This document shows positions 35,550-47,700 of a stretch of DNA of 64,000 nt, piece after piece; the stretch's first letter is position 1; each line of letters begins with the position of its first letter. A model generated the notes under the pieces. It was not told the origin of the DNA. It saw only the letters and a program-made list of their open reading frames with translations, and made no database searches. The position numbers and the translations under genes are program-made. The DNA is from Macrostomum lignano (taxonomy: Eukaryota): NCBI GenBank assembly GCA_002269645.1, contig NIVC01001160.1, positions 124,001 to 188,000 on the forward strand, written 5' to 3'.

Positions 35550-37979
35550 CATTCTTACACATATATTGTGTGCATCTTTGTACATGTAGAGGAGACTTGC
35601 GCATAAGTTGTCATTATGGTCCCATAAGAAATCGGTGTGTTTTGAAAATATTTCATTAAATCTGAAGCCGTAGCTACTACCCCCTGTTTGTGAGTAATAT
35701 TAAATTTGATATCGGGCTTTGTACATGTGTACTTGATAGCTCGTACATGTTATAAAAGCTTTCTGACAAAAAGACACATTTCGATTTTTTGATCATTTGA
35801 GTTATGGGGCTACCCCTAATGTACATGTACACGCAGCTGCTCAACTTTTGCTGGTCAACTTTTTAAATGTACTGATGGTGTCCATTTTTACACTGTACGC
35901 TGGAAAAACTTCGGAGGATAGACTGGAAGCCGTTCATTGTGTAGCTTATTAGTTTTATTTATTCAGTCTGTATTTCAACCAATAAAAAACTTTAAACCAA
36001 AAAAGGCATTTAACTGCGTAAAAGGTAGGTACAATATAATTTTGTTAAGAGCTACTTTGCTAAAATATACTAGCGTTTTTTACCTTTAACGTACGAGCGT
36101 ATTAACCTTTAACTTATTAATAACGCGACGACTATTTACTCTAAGATTTCAAACGGTGATCAATTGCACAAGTTGTACATTCATCCCGATTAGGCATTTT
36201 GTTTAATTCTGAACTTTGCAAGCCTAAAACTGTTTAGGCCTACACTGCCACATGTGTGCATTGCTATGCTTTTGGTACAGAATGAATGTCAATCATTTAA
36301 TCAGTAAAATGGTATTTAACTACGAGGGAGGGGCCTAGGCTTAGCCGCCTAGGCCTATGAACACTGTTTATTTGCTTTACCTTTGGCTTTAAGTAGCTTT
36401 ATAAAGAAGCTACTGCCTACTTAAAGGTAGAGTTGTTGAAGATCTGCAACAGCAGACTGCAGAGCAGACTAGTGAGGGGCGAGGGCCTATATATTTAAAT
36501 TAGGTCTTTGACTAGACTAGGCCTACTTATATGCCATGGCCATATCACTATCAGGGATCAGGCCATAGGCATAGGCCTAGTCTTTAGTTTGGAAGGTGAC
36601 ATGTACACCAGGATTTCCTGGCGTACAACAAGGGTCTTACCATTTTTCAGTGTACATCAGGATATATCTAGGCATACATGACATAGCAGATACATTGTGT
36701 CAAATGACAGTTTTTTATATTGGCACACAAACCTGGCACACAAATGAGGTCTCAACTCTTGTCATTTTTTGCCTCTGGAATTGAACCTGGTAGGCCTATA
36801 CATTAATACACAATCCAAACTATGGCCCATAGTCAATTCAGCATTGATGATGTAGGCCTTATTATCTCAATATCTACATTAGAAAAAACTTTCTTTGTTT
36901 ATGCCAATAGATGGCTCACCTAATCTAGATATCAGTAGGCTAAGCCTATATGTAGATACCCTGCATTGTGCTATCTGCACTAAAAATTAGAGTCAAATAT
37001 ATTTCTGTTTTGTGTGGGAAGATTTTCTATAAAATGATAAAATAACATTATCCTCATAGTGTGGATTAGAGCTAGAGGTAAGTTAGGGCCTATTGACATT
37101 TTCCCTAACTAAGATTAAGAAAAGATGCCTACCTAGAGTTGTAGTCTAGCATGTCTAGACTTTACTATAAATAGCTAAGTAGATAAGCCTAGGTAAGCCT
37201 AGGTAAGAATAAGATAAAAAGGAATTTTAAGCTAATTCAATTTGATATTAATATTAATAACCTCTTTAAATGTTCTATAGAGCCAATTTCAATGCAATAT
37301 AAACCCATGTTAAATGTTAATATTTTTCAAATTTGAAATCAGTGCATAACCTTAAATTTATGTACTAGTGTTATGCCTTTATCATAGTATACTCGAATGT
37401 TCTTTCAATGTAATAACTGTATATTCGAATCTTTCTTAGAAACTGAATCTACGCGAACGCCAAATAATAGTTTGTTTTAATGCGCGAAATAAATTGGAGA
37501 ATTATTTTTTGTTTTAATCGTATGTGGGGAAAATCACTATATATAGGAGCGGTTTTGCGACAAATATACTCTAACTGTCTTTTACTCGTGAGCAAATAAT
37601 TGCGAACAGAATAAGCAGTTCAATCTAAACCATTTCAAAGTCTTTGAGCTAAATAGCGACTTATTTATTTGCAAAACCTGTGAAACGATTCTAAGAAATT
37701 TGCTAAGAGAAGGGAATTGGGACTAATTCTTGGAGATATACCAAGAGAGGCGCCGTGACCCTCTAGTCTCGGTGAACGCCCGATTAGGACTATACACTAA
37801 TACATATACCAGTACTAGACCGCTCAGGCCATAAGCTACTAGAACGCTACCAGAAAGCAAGCCATAAGCTACCAGAAACGCTACTAAGAACGCTACCAGA
37901 AACGCTACTAAGAACGCTACCCAGAAATATTTAAATGAAATTCTAAGAAATAGTTAGGGAGTAAAAGCAAGTATAATCA

Positions 37980-40081
37980 GGATAACTGTAGTTGGCAAAT
38001 CGGTGGGATTAAAATTGATAAAGTAAGAGGTGAAAGGCCTGTAACAACTTTGGTAGCAGCTCGTAGGATATTTAATAAACACTAATAGTTAGAAGTTTAG
38101 AAAGACAGAGCCAAAAAGACCTGTCACAGCTGGTGGCAGCGATAAGGATTAGAGAAACGGCGCGAACTCTTAAAGCTAGATTCAGAAGAATTCCGAAGAA
38201 TAATTTGAAAAGTTTTTCGTAGAGAAAAGATGAATCAGAATCAGGCTAATGACGCCATCGCCATGCTGGCAGAAGAATTGCGAAACCGACTAGAGATAGG
38301 GCCGATGAGACACGTTAAGATTCAGAAATTCACACCTACGCAAGACATTCGGATCTGGCTAACAGCCTTCGATCAGCGCTGTGAAGTAGAAGGATAGATG
38401 AGGAACATAGGAAGCAGGAATTGCTAGCTAATCTGGACCTGTCCACTGCATTCGCAGCGGTACAGCGCCTAAATCTGCCCGAGGATCTTGAATACGAAGA
38501 GTTCAAAGAGCGACTGATTGAGCGATTCGGAAGAATCGGTAGTTCCGCAGAATTCAGAGAGGAGTTTCGTGGAAGAATGCAAGGCAGAAATGAGCCTGTA
38601 GAGACTTTCGCAGACTGTTTGATCGAGCTGGCATCGCGTGCATTTCCGAATATGACGGTTGAGCAAAGGGAAGAAGAAATTGTTGAGCAATTCATCAAGG
38701 GAATCAGAATTCCGTCAGAGACCCGTGAGAAGCTAATCTTTGCGCAGCCAGGCAATTTACAAGAGGCTAGAAGAATGCTAAGAAGGATGGAGGCTGCGTG
38801 GAACATGTCTCACAAGAATGTCAACATGAGAATGGCCAAAGGCGAAGGCGAGAGTGAGCAGAAGGCAGATCAGGAGAAGCTTGAGGACATCATCAAGAAG
38901 CAGAGAGCAGAGTTAGAGCAACAGAAGAAGGCGATTGAGGAGCTGATGGAAGAGAAGAGAGCTAGCCGTCAGCAGTATCATCCGCAGAATCAATATCAAA
39001 CGTACGCTCAGGTCGCTGGACCGCCGCAGCAGCCGAGATATCGGCCGCAGCAGCAGCAGCAGCAGCAGCCAGTATGGCGCGGTCAGCCTCAGTTCAACAG
39101 GCAGCCACAGCAACAGCAGCAGCCTCGAGCCTGCTACAATTGCGGGAAGCTTGGCCACATGGCGAGGAATTGCCAGAGCGCTAGGCCAAACGGTCAGCGA
39201 GTGATGAACTACCAGAAGCAGCAGGGAAACTGAGTAGCGAGGGCCGCTTTGCGAGGCCACGTCCCTCTAGCAACAATTATCGCGAATTTCAGGCCTCTGA
39301 ATTTGTAAATAATGCGTATCGAAGTAATGCCAGACAGTATAGTAACAGCAGAACGCATGCCGAATTCAATAAATTTCACAGAAAACCAAATAAAAATTTT
39401 GCACCTCGTGTACATACGCCGCTTGCACCTAGTCATGCGTCTGCCAGCCACAGTAGGCCGAATAATAAAGTACAAAGTACAGTAATTCCGAATGAGCATT
39501 CGAAGAAAGAATTCGAAGAAGATACGGAGAGAAAAGGACGAGAAGCAGTCGTCAATGGAATGCTAAGAAACCGAAAGGTCTACTTCCTGCTAGACACAGG
39601 AGCTGGACATAATTTCCTAAGCAAGAGTACTTGGAAAAAGATGTTCAGAAGTGATGAAATCGAGTTGACTACTAGAAGAGTGACTACGTTTGACGGATCA
39701 AGTGTGCGAATTGAAGGAGAAGTCAGAACGAAAATACGATTCGGAGAGATAGAGATTAAGACAGAGTTCCTGCTGTGCAATCACGAGTGTGACGACATAC
39801 TCGGGATGGAGTTCTTCATGAACTTCTGCGACAGCATCAGCCTTTCCAGAGGAATGCTTGTATTAAAAGAAGGGACCTGCATCCCAATTCAGTTTACAAA
39901 ATTACCCGTACGGGTTTGCCGAATCTACAGCCATAACAGCGTGACTATACCAGCGAATAGCGCTCTTCGAATTCCAATTAGATGACTAAAGGATCAGAAG
40001 CTAACTATGGAACGCCAATGGTCATTGACACCATTGGAGGCAAGTGACTACGAAGAAAATTCCTTAGAGATGATTCCTACT
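37980..40081 (+). mobile_element. Second Ty3/Gypsy element (leader, gag, protease), cut by the assembly gap; 5' LTR boundary not defined
   Basis: Gag 38230-39233 with a 1-bp frameshift near 38395, knuckle CYNCGKLGHMARNC; protease YFLLDTGAGHNF..DILGMEFF at 39560-39985. Confidence 0.85.
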
Positions 40082-40697
40082 NNNNNNNNNNNNNNNNNNN
40101 NNNNNNNNNNNNNNNNNNNNNNNNNNNNNNNNNNNNNNNNNNNNNNNNNNNNNNNNNNNNNNNNNNNNNNNNNNNNNNNNNNNNNNNNNNNNNNNNNNNN
40201 NNNNNNNNNNNNNNNNNNNNNNNNNNNNNNNNNNNNNNNNNNNNNNNNNNNNNNNNNNNNNNNNNNNNNNNNNNNNNNNNNNNNNNNNNNNNNNNNNNNN
40301 NNNNNNNNNNNNNNNNNNNNNNNNNNNNNNNNNNNNNNNNNNNNNNNNNNNNNNNNNNNNNNNNNNNNNNNNNNNNNNNNNNNNNNNNNNNNNNNNNNNN
40401 NNNNNNNNNNNNNNNNNNNNNNNNNNNNNNNNNNNNNNNNNNNNNNNNNNNNNNNNNNNNNNNNNNNNNNNNNNNNNNNNNNNNNNNNNNNNNNNNNNNN
40501 NNNNNNNNNNNNNNNNNNNNNNNNNNNNNNNNNNNNNNNNNNNNNNNNNNNNNNNNNNNNNNNNNNNNNNNNNNNNNNNNNNNNNNNNNNNNNNNNNNNN
40601 NNNNNNNNNNNNNNNNNNNNNNNNNNNNNNNNNNNNNNNNNNNNNNNNNNNNNNNNNNNNNNNNNNNNNNNNNNNNNNNNNNNNNNNNNNNNNNNNN
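40082..40697. other. Assembly gap (616 N)
   Basis: Run of N. Confidence 1.
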
Positions 40698-40939
40698 CTT
40701 AATTGTAGATAGGGTAATTGAGAACAAAGGTAATTGAGTACATCACGTTTTTTGAAACCATTAATTCTTGCAATTGCCATTCATTGAGATGTGATTACAT
40801 GTGCATGTACTCAGACTGTCTCAGAAACCTGTGCACTAGCAAATTTTAATTAAGAATCGATTATATTGGCCTTGAAAATCTTCGATTAAAGTGCAAAAAC
40901 TATTCTGAGCACAAATAGTGTTTCGCCAAAAACCCGAGA

Positions 40940-42800
40940 TGATTAGCCATCAGAAAATTCTTCGCTACGGATTTTCCCTGGAAGTGGCGATGCCTGGCAA
41001 ACAGCCATGACCCGAAAGGGCCATGGTCACCGCCCTGATGTCCCTGCGGTTGAGTCCAAGCAGGGCCCTGTGGAGGGTGGGGGAAGGACATGGGACAGCC
41101 GCGCGGGATTGCTGGCAGTCTGGGGCGTAAGACCACCTTTCCTTGTGGTTTGAGCCACCCACTGGTTGATCCGAGTAGTGACAACGGCGGTGGGGGTGGG
41201 GGCCACAGGCAGGGACCAGTAAAAGAACCGGTCGGGCCATCCTTGGCCAGGCAATCGGCCAACTCATTGCCTGGGTGGCCCGAGTGCCCGGGATCCACCT
41301 TAGGGACACCTTGTTAGAGGCGTCTAAGCGGTTGAGCTGCCCGATTGCAGTCAAGGACTGTACGCGAGCAGGTGGTGGTGCGCTCAAGGGCGTGGATCGC
41401 CGTTTCACTGTCCGAGTGGAGGGTAATTTCCTTCCCCCAGACGCGCTGATTGTACAGCTCCATGGCACAGGAGCAGATGGCGAGAACTTCGTTCTGGAAG
41501 ACGGTGGAGTAGGTGCCGGTGTGCTGGGAGAAGGTCGCCACAGTTCTCCCTCCAGACACGATGCAGCAGCCGTAGCCAGAGGCGGAGTTGATTTGGGACC
41601 CGTCAGTGAAGCAGTGGATTTCATGGGATTTCCAGTTGTCCCTTGCTTCATGACGTGGTGGAATGCTGGTTTTGAATTTGAGCGGAGAGCAGAGCGTGGA
41701 CGGGATTCCGTCCGAGAGGGTCAGCAGGCCTCCTGCTGCTTCCAGGTCTCACAGGCTGAGGTCGCCGTGCGGCCGGAGGTTCCGCTTTCTGAAGGCGAAC
41801 TGCTTCTGGATAACGACCCCGCGTCAAGCAGACGGCGGGTGGTCTTCATTGCCTCCCCTCTGACAGAGGTCAAGGGGAAATGTCCAGGAAGGAGTTCATG
41901 CCAGCAAAAAGCGTAGAGGGAGCCGCGCTCGTGATCAGTGCCGAAGCATATATGGCTGAGTCCACCTCCGACGGGTAATTACGAGCTAAAATTGAAATAA
42001 TTCATTCATTTGTACATGTAGCTGGCGCATCGAATAATTTTTAGTTTAATTAGCAATGCACACTTGCTCAAAGCTCGACAAGCGCGGCCTTGCACCCTGT
42101 TAAGAGCTTCAAGAACCCCTTTCACCCCAAGGGCACTGTTCCAGATGAAGCCGACGAAGATGGCCGGTCTAACAATGGCAGTGTAAATCCACCAGAGGCT
42201 GCGGGGGGTGAGGCCCCAGGTGGCGCCGAAAGCTCTGCGGGTCTGCGCGATAGTAGCGAGAGCTTTGCGGGCTTTGGTTTGGACGTGTGGGGTCCAGCTC
42301 AACCTGTGGTCGAGAGTGAGGCCCAGACATCTGGTTTGTTTCTCCATGGCAACGGGTTTGCCATAGAGGGAGAGCGGTTCGATCCTCCAGTTTCGGCGGC
42401 AGGTGAACACGATAGCGACGGTTTTAGACTTAGAGAACCTGAGACCGCAGCCGTGTGCCCAGCGCTCGGCACGGTAAATGAAGGCTTGGAGGAGGTCTCT
42501 GAGAAACGTGGGTGATGGTCAAGCCACAGTGGCGGTAACATCGTCCACGTAACCGACCTGAACCGGATCCGGATACGGGCTGCAGAGCAGCTCGTCCATG
42601 ATCGACCAAGTTCCAGAGAATCGGCGTGAGGACTATACCTTTCGGTCCGCCTTTCTGGCCCTCCACAGGGCGGGAGTGTCCCAGGAGGTGCGAGGTGGCA
42701 GTACAATGGGAGACCATGTACATGATCCAGCAGGTGAGATGCTCGTTGAAAGCACCATCAATGTTGAGGAAAAGCAAGAGCGCGTATCCCCTTCCAAACA
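40940..42800 (-). mobile_element. Second, more degraded copy of the RT-RNase H LINE at 11774-13810
   Basis: Colinear similarity ([52 protein letters not shown]), interrupted by a ~135-bp insert at ~41936-42071. Confidence 0.9.
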
Positions 42801-42809
42801 AAAACATGG

Positions 42810-45800
42810 ATGCACATTTATTGGGCTTCAAAAAACAGCTCAACCCGGCAACCCTGCTCGCAGAGCTTGCTCCGGCCTGAGCTCGGCGCCTACTCGCCGG
42901 CCAGCAACCTGTCGCAAAACGACGTCATTCGAGCGCGCCAACGCGCTGGCGAGCCGATCGTCAACCTGGGATTCGGCCAGTCGCCCTTCCCCATACCACA
43001 GCCTGCCGTGGACAGCCTCCGGCAGCACGCAGCCGACGGTCGCTACCTGCCAGCCTGCGGCATCCCGGAGCTTCGCCAGGCCGTGTCGGAATTTCACCGC
43101 CGGCTCGACCAGCTCGATCCGGACATTTTCACGCCCGATGGCGTGGTTTGCGGGCCGGGCAGCAAAGAGCTGATCTTCCTCATCATGACGGTGTTCCGCG
43201 GCACGGTGTACATCGGGGCTCCCAGCTGGACCACCTACCGGCCGCAGACTCTGCTGAGCGGCCGGTCCTGCGTGACGCTCGGCTTGTCCGCCGCGGACAG
43301 TTGGAAAATAACACCGGAAATTATTGGCGCCAATTTGACTGGCGACCCGCGCCGGTTGTTGGTCCTGGCCAACCCGGATAACCCTACGGGACAGGTGTAC
43401 AGCGAGTGAGTCACTTTGGTATAACCCTACGGGACAGGTGTACAGCGAGTGAGTGAGTGAGTCACTCTGGTAACCCTACGGGACAGGTGTACAGCGAGTG
43501 AGTCACTCTAGTAACCCTACGGGACAGTTGTACAGCGAGTGAGTCACTCTAGTAACCCTACGGGACAGTTGTACAGCGAGTGAGTCACTCTAGTAACCCT
43601 ACGGGACAGTTGTACAGCGAGTGAGTCACTCTAGTAACCCTACGGGACAGGTGTACAGCGAGTGAGTCACTCTGGTAAATCCTACGGGACAGGTGTACAG
43701 CGAGTGAGTGAGTGAGTCACTCTGGTAACCCTACGGGACAGGTGTACAGCGAGTGAGTCACTCTGGTAAATCCTACGGGACAGGTGTACAGCGAGTGAGT
43801 GAGTGAGTCACTCTAGTAACCCTACGGGACAGGTGTACAGCGAGTGAGTCACTCTGGTAAATCCTACGGGACAGGTGTACAGCGAGTGAGCGAGTGAGTC
43901 ACTCTGGTAACCCTACGGGACAGGTGTACAGCGAGTGAGTCACTCTAGTAACCCTACGGGACAGGTGTACAGCGAGTGAGTCACTCTGGTAAATCCTACG
44001 GGACAGGTGTACAGCGAGTGAGTGAGTGAGTCACTCTGGTAACCCTACGGGACAGGTGTACAGCGAGTGAGTGAGTGAGTCACTCTGGTAACCCTACGGG
44101 ACAGGTGTACAGCGAGTGAGTGAGTGAGTGAGTCACTCTGATAACCCTACGGGACAGGTGTACAGCGAGTGAGTGAGTGAGTGAGTCACTCTGGTAACCC
44201 TACGGGACAGTTGTAAAGCGAGTGAGTCACTCTAGTAACCCTACGGGACAGGTGTACAGCGAGTGAGTCACTCTGGTAACCCTACGGGGCAGGTGTACAG
44301 AGAGTGAGTCACTCTGGTAACCCTACGGGGCAGGTGTACAGAGAGTGAGTCACTCTGGTAACCCTACGGGGCAGGTGTACAGAGAGTGAGTCACTCTGGT
44401 AACCCTACGGGGCAGGTGTACAGAGAGTGAGTCACTCTGGTAACCCTACGGGGCAGGTGTACAGAGAGTGAGTCACTCTGGTAACCCTACGGGGCAGGTG
44501 TACAGAGAGTGAGTCACTCTGGTAACCCTACGGGGCAGGTGTACAGAGAGTGAGTCACTCTGGTAACCCTACGGGGCAGGTGTACAGAGAGTGAGTCACT
44601 CTGGTAACCCTACGGGGCAGGTGTACAGAGAGTGAGTCACTCTGGTAACCCTACGGGGCAGGTGTACAGAGAGTGAGTCACTCTGGTAACCCTACGGGGC
44701 AGGTGTACAGAGAGTGAGTCACTCTGGTAACCCTACGGGGCAGGTGTACAGAGAGTGAGTCAACCCTGCAGGACAGGTGTCTCATAGGTGGGTGTTGATT
44801 GTGACCCACCCTCAGCAGCTGATCCCCTTTCACCCCACGCAGCTCTGAACTGGCAGCCCTGGCGGAGTTCCTTCGTCGCGAACGGTTCATCGTAGTCTCG
44901 GACGAGATCTACGCCAGGCTGAACTTCTCGCTGAGCCACCGCAGCCTCGCACGGCTGTACCCCGAGGGCTGCATCGTCACCAGCGGCCTGTCGAAATGGG
45001 CCGGCGCTGGTGGTTGGCGCCTCGGGTACGCGCTATTTCCGCGCCCACTAGAATCGTTTAGACGCGCGGTGGCCAGCGCCGCCACGCACACCTATTCCTG
45101 CTGCGCCGCTCCGGTGCAACACGCGGCTCTGGCGTTGCTAGGCAACCCCGAGGAGACGGCCAAGCATTCGAATAGGAGCGCCAGAATTTTGGCGGCGCTG
45201 GCCAGGCACTGTGAACGGCGCCTGACCGAGGCTGGCGCCGTTGTGGCGCCTGCCGGAGGCGGTTTCTACCTGCTGCCGGATTTCGAGGTTGGTTTTTTGT
45301 TTAAATATCCTTTCAGAATTAACAATTGCAGATTCTTACTTTTCTACTTACAATAGAGCAGCAAGAAAAAGTTGTAGGAAATTGAGTATAGAAGATACAC
45401 GGGCTTTCGGGATTTGACGCCAATACGTTTGTACAGCCACCAAAGGATGTTTAAGTACGCCGGCAGCCGCCACCCGTCACGCGTACAAAGTACATCCAGG
45501 GAAGCTCAATCGTGTTAATTAATAATTAATAATTAACTCCTAGTTGCTATGAGCAAAAGTTTAAAGGCACCTCTAGCCATGGCCGGTCTAAAGCGTACCG
45601 TACTCTATGCAAGGTACATGTATATATTGAAAAGCCCAGAGGAATCTGGAGCGGGGAATTTCTCGTAGGGGTATTCTTTTGTCCAGAGTGCGAGGTTGCA
45701 TGGCCTTCCTGACTATCTCCGGTGATAAGCAGAGATGACGCTGATAATTTACATGTACATGTAAATACCACAAAGGTGTGAACGATTCAGTTTAAGACTA

Positions 45801-46470
45801 CTGAGAAAAGTAGACGAATAAAGATTTGGAACGTAAAATCTCCCAGAAAGCCAAAAAACGTCGGCAAAAAAAATTCCCGCAAAAGGAGAGTCTGACAGTC
45901 TGTAACACTGGCTAGTGTCGAGTACACAAGCTCTTCTAGCACATTATATTGAGACTTGTATAAGCAGTAAATTAAAGGCTACGCTCGGAATATTCAAGTC
46001 TTTTACTCATAGTAGGCAAAATCTATCTCTTTAATTGCCATTTCTGTGGATAATTCCATTCCTACTCTTGCGTATCTACTCACGAGTCACCAGTAGACAG
46101 AAAACTAACAGAAGTATTGAAACAAACATAAAAAATAAAGGTCGCTCGCGAGGGCCTTCGTCGGCTTCTTGGCAGCGCGTCGAAGGAGCCGACCGGCGCC
46201 GCCATGTGCGAGCGAATTCTGTCCGACATCGGGGTGGCGCTCATGCCGGCCGGCCCGGCCTTTCTCCGGCCGGAAAGCGAGCTCACCGTTCGCTTGTGCT
46301 TCGTCGAATTCGATGGAGCCGCGGCGCTGCAGGCGGTGCGCGAACTGGAGCTGGAGGAGGCTGACAACAGCGCGCCGCTTCCCGACGACTTCGCGGCGAA
46401 GTACTGCGAGCCAACTTATTCGGCTGTTGTGAGACTGGCCGACTGGCTGAGGTCTGTGCAGCAAGCCTGA
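42810..46470 (+). CDS. PLP-dependent aminotransferase class I/II (aspartate-aminotransferase-like); 3 exons, start uncertain
   Basis: Exons ~42810-43405 (GA|GTGAGT, phase 2), 44843-45287 and 46141-46470. Motifs NLGFGQSPFP, GPGSKELIF, PSWTTY, NPDNPTG, SDEIYA, SGLSKWAGAGGWRLG (PLP lysine). Confidence 0.88.
43375..44765 (+). repeat. ~41-53-bp intronic minisatellite made of the exon end plus the splice donor
   Basis: Unit CCCTACGGGACAGGTGTACAGCGA|GTGAGTCACTCTGGTAA, about 30 copies. Confidence 0.95.
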
Positions 46471-46964
46471 GCTGCCGAGCTTTTTGACTGCATGCAGATT
46501 TACGTGCAATCTGACTGCGTGATAAAGGAATTATCTGCTTAAATGTAGCAACAGTAATTAAAAACTTATGATCAACTTTATGATTTACTTAAATTATGTG
46601 CAATATATAAACTGTTTGCTTGAACAGTTTCACAACCGATGCACAAGACATGACATGAGGTGGCAGCCCACAAAGCTCATTTCTAAAGTTCATCTGCACT
46701 CTGTTTACTTGTTTTCTCTTCCTCTCTGGTTCAATCTTGTTATTCTTATCTCTCTCCCTCGCTGCCTTCTGATTGGCTCTTCAATCTCGCCTGATTTTGT
46801 TAGTCGCGCTCGCTCAACTCCGTTTTATCTTGCACTCTTCTCCCCCCCGCTAGTTTATTGACATAAATATATTCCAGCCCTGAGCCCCTCTGTCTGTCTG
46901 GTTCTTAAACTCTAACACAATGCTCGCATTTTTATATATTGCTATTTTTTCACCAGAGAAAATA

Positions 46965-47700
46965 GGGTGGCAGTGGCAGCCTACAGATGCGCAGAGGAAA
47001 TGGGGTGGCAGCCCACAGAGGCACAGGGGAAATGGGGTGGCAGCCCACAGAGTTGCAGGGGAAATGGGTGACAGCTCACAGAGGCACAGGGGAAATGGGG
47101 TGGCAGCCCACAGAGGCACAGGGGAAATGGGGTGGCAGCCCACAGAGTTGCAGGGGAAATGGGTGACAGCTCACAGAGGCACAGGGGAAATGGGGTGACA
47201 GCTCACAGAGGCACAGGGGAAATGAGGTGGCAGCTCACAGAGGCACAGGGGAAATGGGGTGGCAGCCCACAGAGTTGCAGGGGAAATGGGTGACAGCTCA
47301 CAGAGGCACAGGGGAAATGGGGTGGCAGCCCACAGAGGCACAGGGGAAATGGGGTGGCAGCCCACAGAGTTGCAGGGGAAATGGGTGACAGCTCACAGAG
47401 GCACAGGGGAAATGGGGTGGCAGCCCACAGAGTTGCAGGGGAAATGGGTGACAGCTCACAGAGGCACAGGGGAAATGGGGTGGCAGCCCACAGAGGCACA
47501 GGGGAAATGGGGTGGCAGCCCACAGAGTTGCAGGGGAAATGGGTGACAGCTCACAGAGGCACAGGGGAAATGGGGTGGCAGCCCACAGAGTTGCAGGGGA
47601 AATGGGTGACAGCTCACAGAGGCACAGGGGAAATGGGGTGGCAGCTCACAGAGACACTGGGGAAATGGGGTGGCAGCCTACAGAGGCACTGGGGAAATGG
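46965..47700. repeat. Compound ~28-32-bp G-rich minisatellite
   Basis: CACAGAGGCACAGGGGAAATGGGGTGGCAGCC alternating with CACAGAGTTGCAGGGGAAATGGGTGACAGCT. Confidence 0.93.

Noticed and set aside
33804-35589. ORFs with SAVIL, MTADK or QNDC repeats, and the Leu/Ser-rich ORFs
   Set aside because: Translations of the Foldback arms and the internal GA-rich tract
40007-40780. Poly-X ORFs
   Set aside because: Assembly gap
41952-41974. ATG...GG|GTAATT as the first exon of the aminotransferase
   Set aside because: Its phase does not match the CGCAG acceptor at ~42860, and it lies in an insert within a LINE
43375-44765. CRISPR-like look of this and other regular arrays
   Set aside because: No unique spacers, no cas genes, and a eukaryotic intronic context
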